The position numbers were made by a program, and so were the translations under genes. The notes beneath the pieces are model-generated. The model saw only the letters and a list, made by a program, of their open reading frames with translations, was not told the DNA's origin and searched no databases. A DNA stretch of 64,000 nt from the human T2T-CHM13v2.0 reference genome, Homo sapiens, in assembly GCF_009914755.1 (NCBI RefSeq), contig NC_060926.1; one strand, given 5' to 3'. Below, piece by piece: positions 45,041-60,020 of this stretch. Numbering within the stretch: position 1 is the first letter of the stretch; each line of letters opens with the position of its first letter.

Positions 45041-45826
45041 TATTAAAAAGAAACAATTTTAAATTATTAAATTTTATTAAAGTAGGTTTAAAAATTAATT
45101 GCTAACATTTTTAAAAATCAGACTACTTCACATAAAAATCACTATTGAATTTCCACATTGTAGAAGAACAAAGGAAAGCACATCAAATTGAGAAGCCTAT
45201 TCCCAAATGAAGTAGGGTTTTGATGTCGTCTAAAAGTCAAAACATTTTGCTTAAAAGTTATTATAAAGCATTGCGTAACTAGATTTCCTCACCTCATCCC
45301 TGACCCTACCTTATCCCCCTCAGCCATAACAGCTGTCTCTCAACAGCTGTTATGTCAACAATGTCAGAGAAGGAAAGAAACTGTGGCTGACAGAATCATG
45401 ACAGGGCTCAATACAGTATATGAAACTGCCCACAGACTGTAAATTGTACATCATTGTTCTATTTCTCGACTACAGTGAAAAATCAGGTATTTTGTTTTGT
45501 TTTGTTTTTGTTTATCGAGATGGAAAATATAAATGAAAGAAAAACAATGAGCCATGTTGCTTGCTTGATATAATGGGATTTAACATACAGAATTTTGACA
45601 TTTTTCTCTTTTATAAAATAGCCCATTTGAGAAATAACCAGAAAATTTTTAATAAAATGCGCTTATTTACCCAAGATGAAATTGGAGAGAGATCGATCAT
45701 AACTGCATCCAATGCTTGTGTATCACCTGTGAGGCTTTGGAGGTTGGAGTATTGCCTTTTCCCTTAGGGAGGCCCCAGAAAGTCCCAGAGTTCTCTGTTA
45801 CTCAGGTACTCCCTTAGTAATGCTTC

Positions 45827-45857
<31 letters not shown>

Positions 45858-45880
45858 TCACCACCGGCAGCAACCACTAC
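45827..45880. repeat. (CTA)n/(CCA)n trinucleotide repeat at a MIR tail (MIR ~45890-46100, minus strand)
   Basis: Visible repeat; ttcacaataatcctagaaggtaggtactatta follows. Confidence 0.8.
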
Positions 45881-46424
45881 TGTTCCCCTCACCACATATT
45901 GTGTTTTTATTTTGTGTGAAGCACATCATATGAATAATTTCTAATGTTCACAATAATCCTAGAAGGTAGGTACTATTATAGTCATTTTACACATAGCTCA
46001 ATGAATACATTTTCTTGAGGCCACAGGCTAGTAATCATAAAAAAATGGGACTTAATACAGGATTATTGGAGTCTTCTCTTTACACTATTTTGCTCCATAT
46101 GACATCTACTCTCCCACCAAAACTTTTCATCTCATGGCCCACTCATTTAGAACATACTTTCTTTGGTTTATTTGGTAGAATGTTGCAAACTGATGAAGAT
46201 TTAAATTGTAATTTTTCCTTAGATAATATCTTAAATAAGACCTTCCATGCCCTAACTCCCAGAAGTGATTAATGACAGGAATCCTAAGCCATTACTGCGG
46301 CTCTATTTTGGCATTATTTTCACCCCAGAGGCATGTAGCACTCTGCTAAAGTCATGCTGTTTGTGGTCATATCCTCTATTGACATCAGACTGACTCAGCT
46401 GGCGCAGTGGGATCTGGAATCTAA

Positions 46425-46668
46425 AGGTGGTGTCAGCAGATTTTTTTTTTTTATGAAGGGCCAGGTGGCTGAGAGTTTTTGGCTTTGCAGGCCATGCAGT
46501 TTCTGTTGAGACTTCTCTGCCATGACTAATGCACTCTGTTGCTGTAGGGTAAAAGCAGCCACAGAAAATAGTATCCAATTGGGCATGGCTGTGTCCCAAT
46601 AAAAGTTTATTTATAAAAACAGACAGTGGGCCATATTTGGTCTACAAACTATAGTTTGTCTACCGTTG
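46425..46668 (-). mobile_element. MER58A inside a MIR remnant
   Basis: ggctttgcaggcca; ccaataaaagtttatttataaaaacag. Confidence 0.8.
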
Positions 46669-47662
46669 GTCTAAGCTTGGTCTCAGACCAGCTCTGTGAT
46701 TCTGGGGAAAGATACTCAAACTTTCTGAACTTCACTCTCTTTATCGGTAAACATGGGGATACAACTACAACATCAACTAAGTTATGAAGATGATAAAGTT
46801 TTATTGAGGATGAAATTAGATAATTTATGTAAAATTATTTGCTAAACTGCCTACTGATAGTGTAATTGTTTAATAATGAGTATACAAAACATTGAGGCTT
46901 AACCAACTAATATTGGCCTCTTGTAAACTATCACCTTTATTTTCCATTCTTTTATCTCTCTATCCAATTCTCCATCTATTTTTCCCTGTCCACTCTTCCT
47001 CCTACACATATGCCATTGTATGCACATGCACACACACATGCACACACACACACACATCCCACATTCCTAGTGCTGTATTCTTACTTGCTCCAGCTATACC
47101 CTTAGGCCCTCTTTTCCCATCCACTCTCCACTAGGTTTGATTTTTACATGCTCCCTCTCAGTTGTCCGTCTTCAGATTAGAGAGAATAAATATCATTACT
47201 GGCCCAACTTTTTTTTCTAAATGGGATGATTTGTAGATAAATGGCTTACTCCAAGATGCCCCTGGAGCAGCTTACAAGAGAAAAACTAACAATTCTAGCA
47301 AAGTGTGTGATTCTTTGTAGAGTACATTAGATTACTTCTGAGAAACTCACTTATAACCAAAAGCAGCAATGCAGCTCTAGAAAACTGGAGAAATTGGGCT
47401 TAGAGGATGCCATGTGAAGCCACTTCCACACATGGAGTCACATTTGCAGGGTGGAAGCCATGGACAGTGTGCAAAGGCAATACAGCTGGAGAGAAAAGTT
47501 GAGTCTGAATTCATCTGCCAGTTGCTGAAATGAACACATTTTAAAAAATAATGAGTTTATGGTAGTGGTGTGCTGCTGAAATGGCTCCCTTGGGGAAAGA
47601 AAATAGAGAGAGAAGGAGAGCAAGCCTGATTTGTAGAATTTACTAACTTCCGTGGTGTAAAT

Positions 47663-48186
<524 letters not shown>

Positions 48187-48519
48187 GTGTAAATACTTCC
48201 ACCATGGACAATGTCAGGCTACCAATAATTTAATAACTGTTAGCTCACAAAATTGCTGAATACTTCCCAATCACTTGTTCCTGCCAACTCTGACACACCA
48301 CTGGCTCCACCCATCACTAGCTTCAACTATTGGGAAGTTTAAATGATATAAAAATTTACCTCTAATAGTCCCTAGGGGAATGAAAGCCCCCAAATTTTCT
48401 AGCTCAGATCAAGTAAGTCCACAATCAGAACCTTTTCTCCATTTCTTAATCCTTGTTTCCAAGAAAATGCACAGATATTAAGGTTTTCCTCTGAATCAAA
48501 TAGCATAAACTATTTCATT

Positions 48520-48522
<3 letters not shown>

Positions 48523-48558
<36 letters not shown>
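48523..48558. repeat. (AC)18 microsatellite
   Basis: Perfect dinucleotide run. Confidence 0.95.
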
Positions 48559-48560
<2 letters not shown>

Positions 48561-48667
48561 CTTACTACATTTTTTATAGGCTAAACATTCTTTTTCTCCC
48601 TGAAGTTATGCACTCCATATGTTCTTTTGTACATGTCAGGAAAATTTTTGACAATTAGAAATGTAGG

Positions 48668-48825
48668 TTCTTGCTATTCAAAGTGTGGTCCTCAGAGAAG
48701 TAGAAGCGCATCACCTGAGAGCATATTACAAAACTGAAATTTCAGATTACACCCTTGATCTAATAAATCAGAATGTGCATTTTAACCAGAGTTGTATGTG
48801 CATTAACATTTGAAAAGAACTGCTC
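48668..48825 (+). mobile_element. MER5A-type MITE
   Basis: tcaaagtgtggtcc..gcatcacctg..aatcagaa..tgcattttaac. Confidence 0.7.
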
Positions 48826-49148
48826 TAAGCTCCATTCAATTTACACTTAGTAAATTTTACCAGGGACAAAAAAACCCTGATAAAATTTACTATTGCTCAT
48901 ACCACAAAAACAAATAATCAGTCTTGTCCCTTGCAGTAATTCTTAAAATTCTATATAGATTTTTTTCATCTAAGACTTAAAATATTCTAGAAGTTGTGAG
49001 ATTTAAAACACAAAAGCAAACTATCTTTTGCAGAATCATGACAGTGTACTCCTAGGTAACTACCAAAAAATAAGGCAAATTAGACAAATGCTCTTGTGTG
49101 GGTTCCAACCTTCCTCTTCAACCTTATGTCCATCATTTAATTGTATGC

Positions 49149-49625
49149 TGTGATAGAAAGAATAATCCTTCTCTAAAATGTCCACTCTTAGTCTCTGGAG
49201 CCTATGAACATGTAATCTTATGTAACAAAAGAGACTTCACAGATTAAGCCAAGGATCTTGAGAGGAGAAAGTTACCCTGGATTATCCAGGTGTACCCAAG
49301 GGAATCACAAAGTCCTTAAAAGGGAAAAAAGAAGGCAGGAAGGTAAGTAAAGATGTGATCATGGAAGCAGAGGTTGAAGTGAAGCAAGAACACAAGCCAA
49401 GGGACGTGGGTGGCCTCTAGAAGCTTGAAAAGAAAAAAAATATATATAAAAACAATTTTCCCCTAGAACCTCCAGATGGAACATGATCCTGCCAACACCT
49501 TGATTTTAGCCCAGCGAAATCCATTGCAGACTTCCGACCTCCAGAATTGTAAGAAAACAATGTGTATTGTTTTAAGCCACTAAATTCATGAGAATGTGTT
49601 ACAGCATCAATGGGACACTAATAGA
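49149..49625 (+). mobile_element. MLT1D solo LTR
   Basis: ctggattatccaggtg; tgccaacaccttgattttagccca; ttttaagccactaa; TSD tatgc/aatgc. Confidence 0.85.
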
Positions 49626-49629
49626 AATG

Positions 49630-50240
49630 CCTTTCTCCCCGATTAGACTGTGAGCATTTCAAAGGGATGACTATATCTTGCATATTTTGGTTGACTCCAG
49701 TGTTTAGCCAGTAGGTTCTTAATAATGATTTGAAGAAGAAATAAATGAATGATGTAGCAATCCATTCTTCTACACTGCAGTTAAAACTGATCTCATTGTC
49801 TTACTGCCTAAAACCCTTCAGTGGGTGTCCATTACTGTTAGAAAAAACAAAACCCTTAACATGCTATAAGGATCTGCATGGCCAAACCCATGCCCACTGG
49901 TTTAGCTGTGTCTCCAGCACTCAGTCAGCTCTGTTGACCATTTTTCACGTTGAATCCACTACAGCAAGAACTCTTTCCCTCCCCTTTTCTTGTAGCTCCC
50001 CTATAGAGGTTAATACCTATTTCTTTATTCAGATGTCTCTCAAATATCACTTCCTCTTTGCTTCATAGATTATATTCCTTTCTTTTTTAGGACTTATCTT
50101 CAATCATAAATATGAAAAGTTTTTTCTTCTCTACTAGATTCTAAGCTCTATGAGAGCAGAGACCATGTCTATTGTACATTTCAGCACTTACTTCAGGGCC
50201 TGGCATAGAGTAGGAACCCTGTAATTTGTTGTTGAATGAA
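49630..50240 (+). mobile_element. L2 fragments
   Basis: tagactgtgagc..; taagctctatgagagcagagacc..gcctggcatagagtagg..tttgttgttgaatga. Confidence 0.7.
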
Positions 50241-50558
50241 AAATATTTGTTAAAAAAATTAGTCATTGAATGTATAAAATAAAAAGAAAAATGCTTTAGT
50301 GATTTCTCAGCTTCTAACTCATAAGGAATTATAAGGTAGAAAAACAATTTTAAGAAAAACTGAACTTTCTGGAGTCCTCATAGTACACAGTACCATTTTT
50401 AGATTTCATTCTCTAACCCTGATTTAGAATCCTCCACATTGAGCTACTGCCCACATTTAACAGTAGTTGTCATCTTTCTGTTAGGGAGCTGTTAATGACT
50501 CCCAAGATTGGTTAAGGTCCTTCAATCAACATTTCCTTCTAGGGCTGTTACTCAGAGC

Positions 50559-50740
50559 CAGTGCTGTGTTAGAGTCAATTGTATGCATCTCTTTCCAATT
50601 TTGCAGTCATTCCACTTTGGTATTTTGAAATCTGCTTTGGTAGGAGTATTTACACACCATGAAAAAGAGCAAATGCTACAAATCAGTTTTTCTTTTCTTT
50701 TCTTTGAGCCAGTTGCTAAACATAAACCTACAGACCACTA
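50559..50740. mobile_element. MER63A-like hAT-Blackjack MITE
   Basis: cagtgctgtg; ggagtatttacacaccat..caaatgctacaaatcag; gagccagttgctaaaca. Confidence 0.65.
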
Positions 50741-51794
50741 CCTGGAGCCTTTTAGTTCAGAGACTTATTAAGTGGTACAGAGGCTGATATATGAAGTCTT
50801 GAGACATTGCCAGGAAATTCTAACATGAGAGCACCAATTCTAAATTAATTGTGTCAGGTCAGGCTCTGAGACAGTCATCTTCCCTCAAACCTCATTCTAT
50901 CATGAGCTCCAACTTCTCCCCAAAGTCAGCTAAGTTTGAATGGCCTCTGATTCCTCTTAAAATTAAGGATTCTTCAAATTCATACATAGCACTCTTCCTT
51001 GATGGAGCTGGGCATTAGGTCCTCCTGGGCTTTGAGGTTGTCAGGAGAGAAAGAAATTGGATGACAAATCCCAAATACTTTACTTTATATTCACAACTTA
51101 TTTATTTCAATCATTTAATATTAAAATCTCATGGATGCATGCTTATGGGCTCAAACAGTTTAGAAGGTATAATAAAAACCATGGTTAAGTATCTCAATCT
51201 ACATTTCAAGGAGCCTTCTGGTTTTGGCCAAGCAAAAAAGCCATATTCATTTACCTGCCTCATAAATGTCTTGAACACTCATAGGAGGATAGACAGGACC
51301 CTTACAGTGACCACCAGCAGAGCAATACTCTTACATAGTTAAGACTTCTCTCAAGGTGGAAAAGCTCACGTAGTGTTTTTTGGGGGCTTTTGCTTACTAA
51401 TGATTCAAATCCCATTTAACAAATGCTTAATGCGGTGATAAAGTCTCTTTGAAGTCTGCTTATCAGTGTTCTACACACAGTAGGGTTTTGCTAAATGATG
51501 GAGAGTGATTTTAACCATCGTAAGTGCCCATTAGCATCCATTAACATAAAAGTTAATTACACTTTGTTTTACCATTTTCACAGGGTTGAAATGCTTATTC
51601 TTTCATCCAGGGTGTTTTGGATGCTGCTTTAGCTCTTAGCAATGGTTATATATATATAATCCAATTCTAAAAGTATTAAGTGTATGAAGGAAAAATTGCA
51701 CTAGTAAGAAATTAAGTTAATCAGTAGATAAAAGAGAACATACCTTAAAAGAAACAGTAAAATAAAGTTAAAATTAAAAAATTAATTCTGCAAT

Positions 51795-54700
51795 CTGGTT
51801 CAAGATGGCTAAGCAGAAGAATTTCATGTCTGTCTCCTTCACCAAGAATAACCAGAGTAGTACATAGATAGTCAAACTTTGAGCACATTACCCAAGAGAA
51901 AATGGTGGAATTCAACAGGAAAGTGACAGGAGACACAAAGCATGGAAGGAGGAGAGGCAGTCTTATTGGCTGAGATCAGCTGGGAGCTAGCTGCTCCCTG
52001 GGGAAGGGGTTAGTAATAGAATTCCAGCAGCCTGCATTCCCACCTGCAATTGTGCAATCCTGGACACAGGAGAACCCCTCAACTCTCCCAACTGCTGAAA
52101 CTAACATAGGAAGCTGCCAGGAGTCTGTGGGACAGAATTTCTCCAGAGAGGGAGCTCATGCTGGGCCCCACATCCTTCGTGAGACCTAAGCAGCTGCAGC
52201 AAGATGCCATTTTCAAAACTATCTTCTGGCAAACAGCATGCTCTCTGAGGAACCAAAGGCACTGGGACTTGAGCATTACAGAAACTCAGGTTGTCGCTTC
52301 TGGACAGCCACTGAAGAGGGTGTAGCTCCCATTGGTGGACATAGCTTGGGTTAGCAGGTGGGCAACATGTATCCCTTTTGCACTTCAGTCCTGGGAGTCC
52401 CAGGGGAGTAAGCCAAGAGCACTCCTTCAGCTGGGGCCATAAAGCAAGTGTGGCAGGGATGCAACCCCTGAATCTAACACAGAGAGCTGCCAGGAGTCCA
52501 TGGAATGAAACTGCTCCAGAAAGGGAGCACATGCTGGGTTACTCCAGCATTTCTGAGACCTAAGTGGCTACAGCAAGGTGTCATTTCAAAACTAGCCTCT
52601 GGCAAACTGCATACTGTCCTGGGACCCAGCGGTCCCAGGACTGAAATTCGAGCTGTCACTCCTGGGTCAGAAGAAGGAGCAGGGTGTAATCCCACAGCTG
52701 GGAAATGTGTGGGGCTTGTGTGGCAAATGCCAGTATCAAAAAGCAAACGATATGAGAATCTGAGACAAGGACATAAGTGGGGATGAGTTGTCTCTGATAA
52801 CTGGTTGTGAGCTGAGTGTGAGCTCCTGCAACCATAGTAGGTAGGGAGCAAGCCCTGCCAGGACTAGCGTGTGAAAGGGTCATACAACCCCCACCTGCTG
52901 GTCCAGGCTACGGCCACCAATAGTGGCTCCACCCTCTTCAGTGGCAAGGCCTAAGTGCAGCTGCTATTGCATCTCACCTGAGCACTCCTTCTGGGGCCTG
53001 AGGATCACCCGGCTCCCAACCATCATGGGTGGTACCTATGCTCACCATTGGTGGGCCAGAGAGCAAGCTGGCTCAGGCCAGCTTTGCCACCTACTCCAAG
53101 ACATAGTACGTAGCCTCAGGTCCTGGGGATTGTTCAACCCAATCCACTACCTTGGGTACCTAAGCGCTCCTCCCAGGAACCTGAGGATGGCCTAAATTCC
53201 TAGTCACTACCACTTAGCTGGCTCCCACCTCCAAGTGCCACCTTTGGGCCTGGAGACTGGCTTCCTCAGCCTATCCTATCTACCACCAACATTAATGCAC
53301 ACAACTTGGGACCCAGAGAATCATCCCATCAATGCTACTCTCATGCCATGCTGGCTCCCCAGGGGCCTACGAACCTGCTGGCCCACTAGGTCTACTGTTA
53401 CCACTACTGAAACCTGAGTAAGCCACATGGAGGCCCAAGAATAAATCCATCAGTAACTGTTGACACAGGTGTCAGCATGCACTGTCATGGGGCACAAAGA
53501 TAGGCATGCTCAGCCCACCTCTGCCACCACTGAAGACTGAAGACTGGCATACCTGGCATCCCAGTGTCCAGCACAACTTCACCACAGCCTCTACTAATAA
53601 CTGCACCCTTGCCCACTGAAGAAATCACAGACACTACTAATGCTATTTACAGCCAAATAAATCATAGACTATATTATTACATGCATCTAGAATGAAAGAC
53701 AAAATATCCTACCCAACTAACACCATAGATACAACTTCAGGAAAAAGTCCTACCCTGTGAAAGTAAATTGAAAAATAAGAAGAAGTGACTGTTACACTAG
53801 ATGTTCATATATCAAAGTAAGGACACAAGAAACATAAAAAAGCAAGGAAATATAACACCTCCAAAGGAACACAATAATCTTCCAGCAATAGATATTAAAC
53901 AAAAATAAAATTTTTAAATCCCAGATATAGAATTAAAATATTAGTTTTAAAGAACCTTGGGGAGATACAAGAGAACTCTGAGAAACAATATAAATAAATC
54001 AGGAAAACAATTCAGGATATGAATGAGAAATTTACCAAAGAGATAGATATTTTTAAAAAGAGACAAACAGAAATTCTGGAGATAAAGAACTCATTGAAGA
54101 AAATACAAAATACATTTAAAAGCTTAAGGAATGACTAGGTAAGCAGAAGAAAGAATCTCAGAACTGGAAAACAAGTCTTTTGAAATAATCTAGTCAGATA
54201 AAAATAAAGAAAAAGAATAAAAAAGAATGAGCCAAGTCTTCATGACATTTGGGACAACATAAGGTGAGTGAATTTACAAATTATCAGTCTCCTTAAGGAC
54301 AAAGAAACAAAGAAAGGATTAGAAAACCTATTTAACAAAATAATAGATGAAAACTTCTCATGTCCAGCAAGAGATTTAGACATTCAAACACCAGAGGCTT
54401 AATGATGCTCAAAGAGATACAATGTAAATAGTCATCCTCATGGCACATTATAATCAGACTGTCCAAAATCAAAGTTAAAAAGCAAATCCTAAAAACAGCA
54501 AGATAAAAGCATCTAGTCACCTATAAAGAAAACCCCATTAGACTGACAGCAGATTTCTAAGCACAAACCTTACAGACCAGAAGAGAATGGGATGATATAT
54601 TCAAAGGGCTAAAAGAAAAAAAAAAAAAAAACTGCTACCCAAGAATACTATATCTAGCAAAATTATCCTCTATAAATGAAGAAAAAATAAAGTCATTCTC

Positions 54701-57608
54701 AAACAAATAAATGCTGAGGATACTTGTTATCATTAGACTGGCCTTACAAGAAATGCTCAAGGAAGTCCTAAACTTGGAAATCAAAAGATATTTACCATTG
54801 TGAAAACACACAAAAGTATAAAACTCATTGCTAAAGCAATCATACGAAAGAGTAAGAGAAAGAACTCAAATTAAACCACTATAAAAATCCACCAAGCCAA
54901 AACAACAAACTATAAGGGAAAAAGAAAAGAACAAAGAATATATAAAACAATCAGAATAAAGTTAACAATATGACAGGAACAAAGCCTCATATATCAATAA
55001 TAACCTTAAATATAAACATTATATTCTCCTTTTAAAGATATAGAATGGCTGAATGAATAAGACATGGTCTGAATATATGATGCTTAAAGAAACTCACCAG
55101 TAAAGACACATATAGACTGATAGAAAAGCAATGGAACAAGATTTTCCACACAAATAGAAATCAGAAGTGAACAAGAGTAGCTATATTTATATCAGATAAA
55201 GCAGACATTAAGCAAAGGACAGTAAAACCAAGACAAAGAAGGTCATTATATAATAATTAATGGATCAATCCAGCAAGAGGATATAGCAATTCTAAATATA
55301 TATGTACCCAACACTGCAACATCCAGATTCATAAGCAAATGTTACTAGATCTACCTAGAGAGACTGCAATATAATAATAGTAGGGACTTCAACACCCTAC
55401 TTTCAGCATTAGACAGGTCACCTAGACAGAAAAGGAACAAAGAAACATTGGATTTAAACTGGATGTTAGATGAAATGGACCTAACAGACATTTGCAGAAT
55501 CACTTATCCAACAACTACAGAATGAACATTCTTTTCATCAACACACTGAATATTCATTCTCCAGGATAGACCATGTTAGGCCACAAAATAAGCATCAATA
55601 AATTTTAAAAAATCAAAATCATACCAAGTATTTTCTCGTACCACAATGGAATAAAACTAAAAATCAATAGCAAGAGGAACTCCAGAAAATACAGAAATAC
55701 ATGGAAATTAAACAACATGAGGTGACTGAATTTCCTGAATGACCATTGGGTTAACAAAAAAATTATGAAGAAAATCAAAAAAATTCTCGAAACAAATAAA
55801 TGCAAACATAACATATCAAAACCTGTGGGATATAAGGAAAGTAGTGTTACAAGGGATATTTATAGTAATAAAAGCCTACATCAAGAAAGTAAAGAGATTA
55901 CAAACTAATAATCTAAGGAGGCATTTCAAGAAACTAGAAAAGCAGGAGCAAACCAAACCCAAAATTAGCAGAAGAAAAGAAAAAATAAAAATTAAGCAGG
56001 ACTAAATAAAGTGGAGACTTAAAAAAACACATACACACAAAGTTGGTTCTTTAAAAAGGTAAACAAAATTGATAAGCTGCTAGCTAGAATAACTAAGAAA
56101 AGCAGAAAGAAAAAACCAAATAAACAAAAATCAGAAATGAAAAAGGACTTTGCACATGATACCACAGAAATACAAATGATCTTTAAAGACTATAGAGAAT
56201 ATTACGAACTACACACTGGCAAACTGGAAAGACTTGAGGAAATAGATACATCCCTAGAAACATATAACCTACCAAGATTGAACCAGGACGAAATAGAAAA
56301 CCTGAACAGACCAATAAAATTAGTGAGATTGAATCAGTAATGAAAAGTCTCCCAACAACAACAAAAGAGCCCAGGACTGCATGGATTCACAGCTGAATTC
56401 TACCAAACACACAAAGAAGAACTGATAATACAAATCCTCCTGAAACTATCCCAAAAACTTAAGAAGGAGGGGATTCTCCATAACTCATACTACGATGCCA
56501 GCATTACCCAATTCCAAAACAGTAAAAAAAGAAAACTACAGACCAATATCTCTGATTAATATAGATGCAACAATCCTCAACAAAATACTAGCAAACTGAA
56601 TCAAACAGCACATTAAAAAGATAATGCAAAATAGTCTGGTGGGATTTATTCCAGGGATTCAAGGATGGTTCAACATAAGCAAATCAATGTGATATAACAC
56701 ATTAACAGAATGAAGGACAAAAACCATATAATAATCTCAATAAAGGCAGAAAATGTAGTTGATAAAATTAAACATCACCTCATGATAAAAATTCTCAACA
56801 AACTAGGCATAGAAGGAAGATACCTCAATATAATAAAGTCCATATATGAAAAACCCACAGCTAACATCATATTAAATGGGGAAAGTTGAATGCATTCCCC
56901 CTAAGAACTGGAAAAAGACAAGGATGCCCACTTCCACCACTCCTATTCAACATTAAACTGGAAGCTCTAGCCAGAGAAATCTAGCAAGAGAAGAAAATAA
57001 AAGGCATCCAAAGTGGAAAAGTGGAAGTCAAATTATTTCTGTTTGCTGATTATATGATCTGATACCCAGAAAACCAAAATTCCACCAAAAGTCTCCTAGA
57101 TTTGCTAAATGAATTCAGTGAAGTTTTGGGATACAAAACCATGCACCAAAATCAATAGCATTCTTTTACACCAATAACATATATCAAGGCAGCAATCCCA
57201 TTTACAATAGCTACCAAAAAATGCTATAAATAAATTTAACAAAGGTGCTGAAAAATCTCTACAAAGAAAACTACAAAACACTCATCAAAGAAATTGAAGA
57301 TGACACAAATGGAAAAACAAACCAAGCTCATGGATCAGAAGAATTAATACTGTTAAAATGGCCATGCTTCCCAAAGCAATGTACAAATTCAATGCTATTC
57401 CTATCAGACAACCAACATCATTTTTCACAGAACTAGAAAAAACTACTCTAAAATTCATATGGACCCAAAAATGAGCCTGAAATAGCCAAAGCAATCCCGT
57501 ACAAAAAGAACGAAGGTGGAAGTATCACATTACCTGACTTCAAATTACGCTACAAGGCTATAGTAACCAAAACAGCATGGTACCAGTATAAAAATAGATA
57601 CATACAGT
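51795..57608 (+). mobile_element. Old L1 (L1MA/L1PB age): 5'UTR, dead ORF1 and ORF2 up to the nested insertion
   Basis: caagatggct YY1-type start; ~2-kb 5'UTR; frameshifted ORF1/ORF2 (TYNLPRLNQDEIENLNRPI, 56137-56340), ending at [11 protein letters not shown]. Confidence 0.9.
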
Positions 57609-58934
57609 AAGGTGGCTAGCCAGATGGCCAAATAGGAACAGCTCTGGTCTGCAGCTCCCAGCGAGATCAATGCAGAATGCAGGTGATTTCTGCATTTCCA
57701 ACTGAGGTACCAAGCTCATCTCATTGGGACTGGTTAGACAGTAAGTGCAGCCCAGAAAGGGCGAGCCGAAGCAGGGTGGGGCATCGCCTCACTTGGGAAG
57801 TGCGAGGATTTGGGGAACTCCCTCGGCTAGCCAAGGGAATCCCTGAGGGACTGTGCCTTGAGGAAAGGTGCACTCCAGCCCCAGACACTATGCTTTTCCC
57901 ATGGTCTTTGCAACCCACAGACCAGGAGATTCCCTCCAATGCCTATGCCACCAGGGCCCTGGGTTTGAAGCACAAAACTGGGCAGCCGTTTGGGCAGAAA
58001 CAGAGCTAGCTGCAGGACTTTCTTTTTATACCCCAGTGGTGCCTGGAACGCCAGTGAGACAGAACTGTTTACACCCCTGGAAAGGGTGTTGAAGCCATGG
58101 AACCTAGTGGTCTAGCTCAGTGGATCCCACCCCCATGGAGTCCAGCAAGCTAAGATCCACTGGCTTGAAATTCTCGCTGCCAACACAGCAGTCTGAAGTC
58201 AACCTGGAATGCTCAAGCTTGGTCGGGGGAGGGCCATCGTCTGCCATTACTAAGGCTTGAGTAGGCAGTTTTCCCCTCACAGTGTAAACAAAGCCACTGG
58301 GAAGTTCAAACTGGGCGGGAGCCCACTGCAGCTCAGCGAAGTTGCTGTAGACAGACTGCCTCTCTAGATTCCTCAGCTCTGAGCAGGGCATCTCTGAAAG
58401 AAAGGCAGCAGCCCCAGTCAAGGGCTTATAGATCAAACTCTCATCTCCCTGGGACAGAGCACATGGGAGAAGGGACAGCTGTGGGCACAGCTTCAGCAAA
58501 CTTAAACCTCCCTCTCTGCTGGCTTGGAAAAGAGCTCGAGCTCTGCCGAGGGACAGAATGCCTCCTCAAGTGGGTCCCTCACCCCTGTGCCTCCTGACTG
58601 GGAGAAAACTCCCACCAGGGGTCGACATGCACCTCATACAGGGGAGCTCTGGCTGGCATCTGGTGGGTGCCCCTCTGGGACAAAGCTTCCAAAGGGAGGA
58701 ACAGGCAGCAATCTTTGCTATTCTGCAGCCTCCACTGGTGATACCCAGGCAAACAGGGTCTGGAGTGGACCTCCAGCAAATACCAGCAGACCTGCAGCAG
58801 AGGGGCCTGACTGTTAGAAAGAAAACTAACAAACAGAAAGGAGGGGCATCAACATCAACAAAAAGGACGTCCACACAGAAACCCCATGCAAAGGTCACCA
58901 GCATCAAAGACCAAAGGTAGATAAATCCATGAAG

Positions 58935-59957
58935 ATGAGGAAAAACTAGTGCAAAAAGGCTGAAAATTCCAAAAACCAGAATGGCTCTTCTCCTGCAAAG
59001 GATTACAACTCCTCACCAGCAAGGGAACAAAACTGGATGGAAAATTGGTTAGACAAATTGACAGAAGTAGGCTTCATCAGGTGGATAATAACAAACTCTT
59101 TCAAGCTAAAGGAGCATGTTCTAACCCAATGCAAGGAACTAAGAAGCTTGAAAAAAAGTTAGAGGAATTGCTGACTAAAATAATCAGTTTAGAGAAGAAC
59201 ATAAATGACCCGATGGAGCTGCAAAACACAGCATAAGAACTTCGTGAAGCATACACAAGTATCAATAGCTGAATAGATCAAGTGGAAGGAAGGATATCAG
59301 GGATTGAAGATCAACTTAATGAAATAAAGCATGAAGACAAGGTTAGAGAAAAAAGAATGAAAAGGAACAAACAAAGCCTCCAAGAAATATGGGACTATGT
59401 GAAAAGACCAAACCTACGTTTGATGGTGTACCCGAAAGTGACAGGGAGAATGGAACCAAGTTAGAAAACACTCTTCAGGATATTATCCAGGAGAACTTCC
59501 CCAACCTAGCAAGACAGGCCAACAATCAAATTCAGGAAATACAGAGAACACCATAAAGATACTCCTTGAGAAGAGCAACTCCAAGATACATAATCATCAG
59601 ATTCACCAAGGTTGAAATGAAGGAAAAAATGTTAAGGGCAGCCAGAGAGAAAGGTCAGGTTACCCACAAAGGGAAGCTCATCAGACTAACAGTGGATCTC
59701 TCTGCAGAAACCCTAGAAACTGGAAGAGAGTGGGGACCAATATTCAACATTCTTAAAGAAAGAATTTTCAACCCGGAATTTCATATCCAGCCAAACTAAG
59801 CTTCATAAGCAAAGGAGAAATAAAATCCTTTACAGACAAGCAAATGCTGAGAGTTTTTGTCACCACCAGGCCTGCCTTACAAGAGCACCTGAAGGAAGCA
59901 CTAAACATGGAAAGGAAAAACCAGTACCAGCCACTGCAAAAACATACCAAATTGTAA
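58935..59957 (+). pseudogene. L1 ORF1p, disrupted
   Basis: QSLQEIWDYVKRPNLRL; RRATPRYIIIRFTKVEMKEKMLRAAREKG; stops and frameshifts. Confidence 0.9.
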
Positions 59958-60020
59958 AGACCATCAACACTATGAAGAAACTGCATCAACTAATGGGCAA
60001 AATAACCAGCTACCATCATA

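Noticed and set aside
52079-53417. Cluster of GC-richer overlapping ORFs (up to 143 aa)
   Set aside because: Lies in an old L1 5'UTR; no recognisable protein
57677-58920. ORFs in the L1PA 5'UTR as host genes or ORF0
   Set aside because: 5'UTR sequence; an intact ORF0 could not be verified by eye
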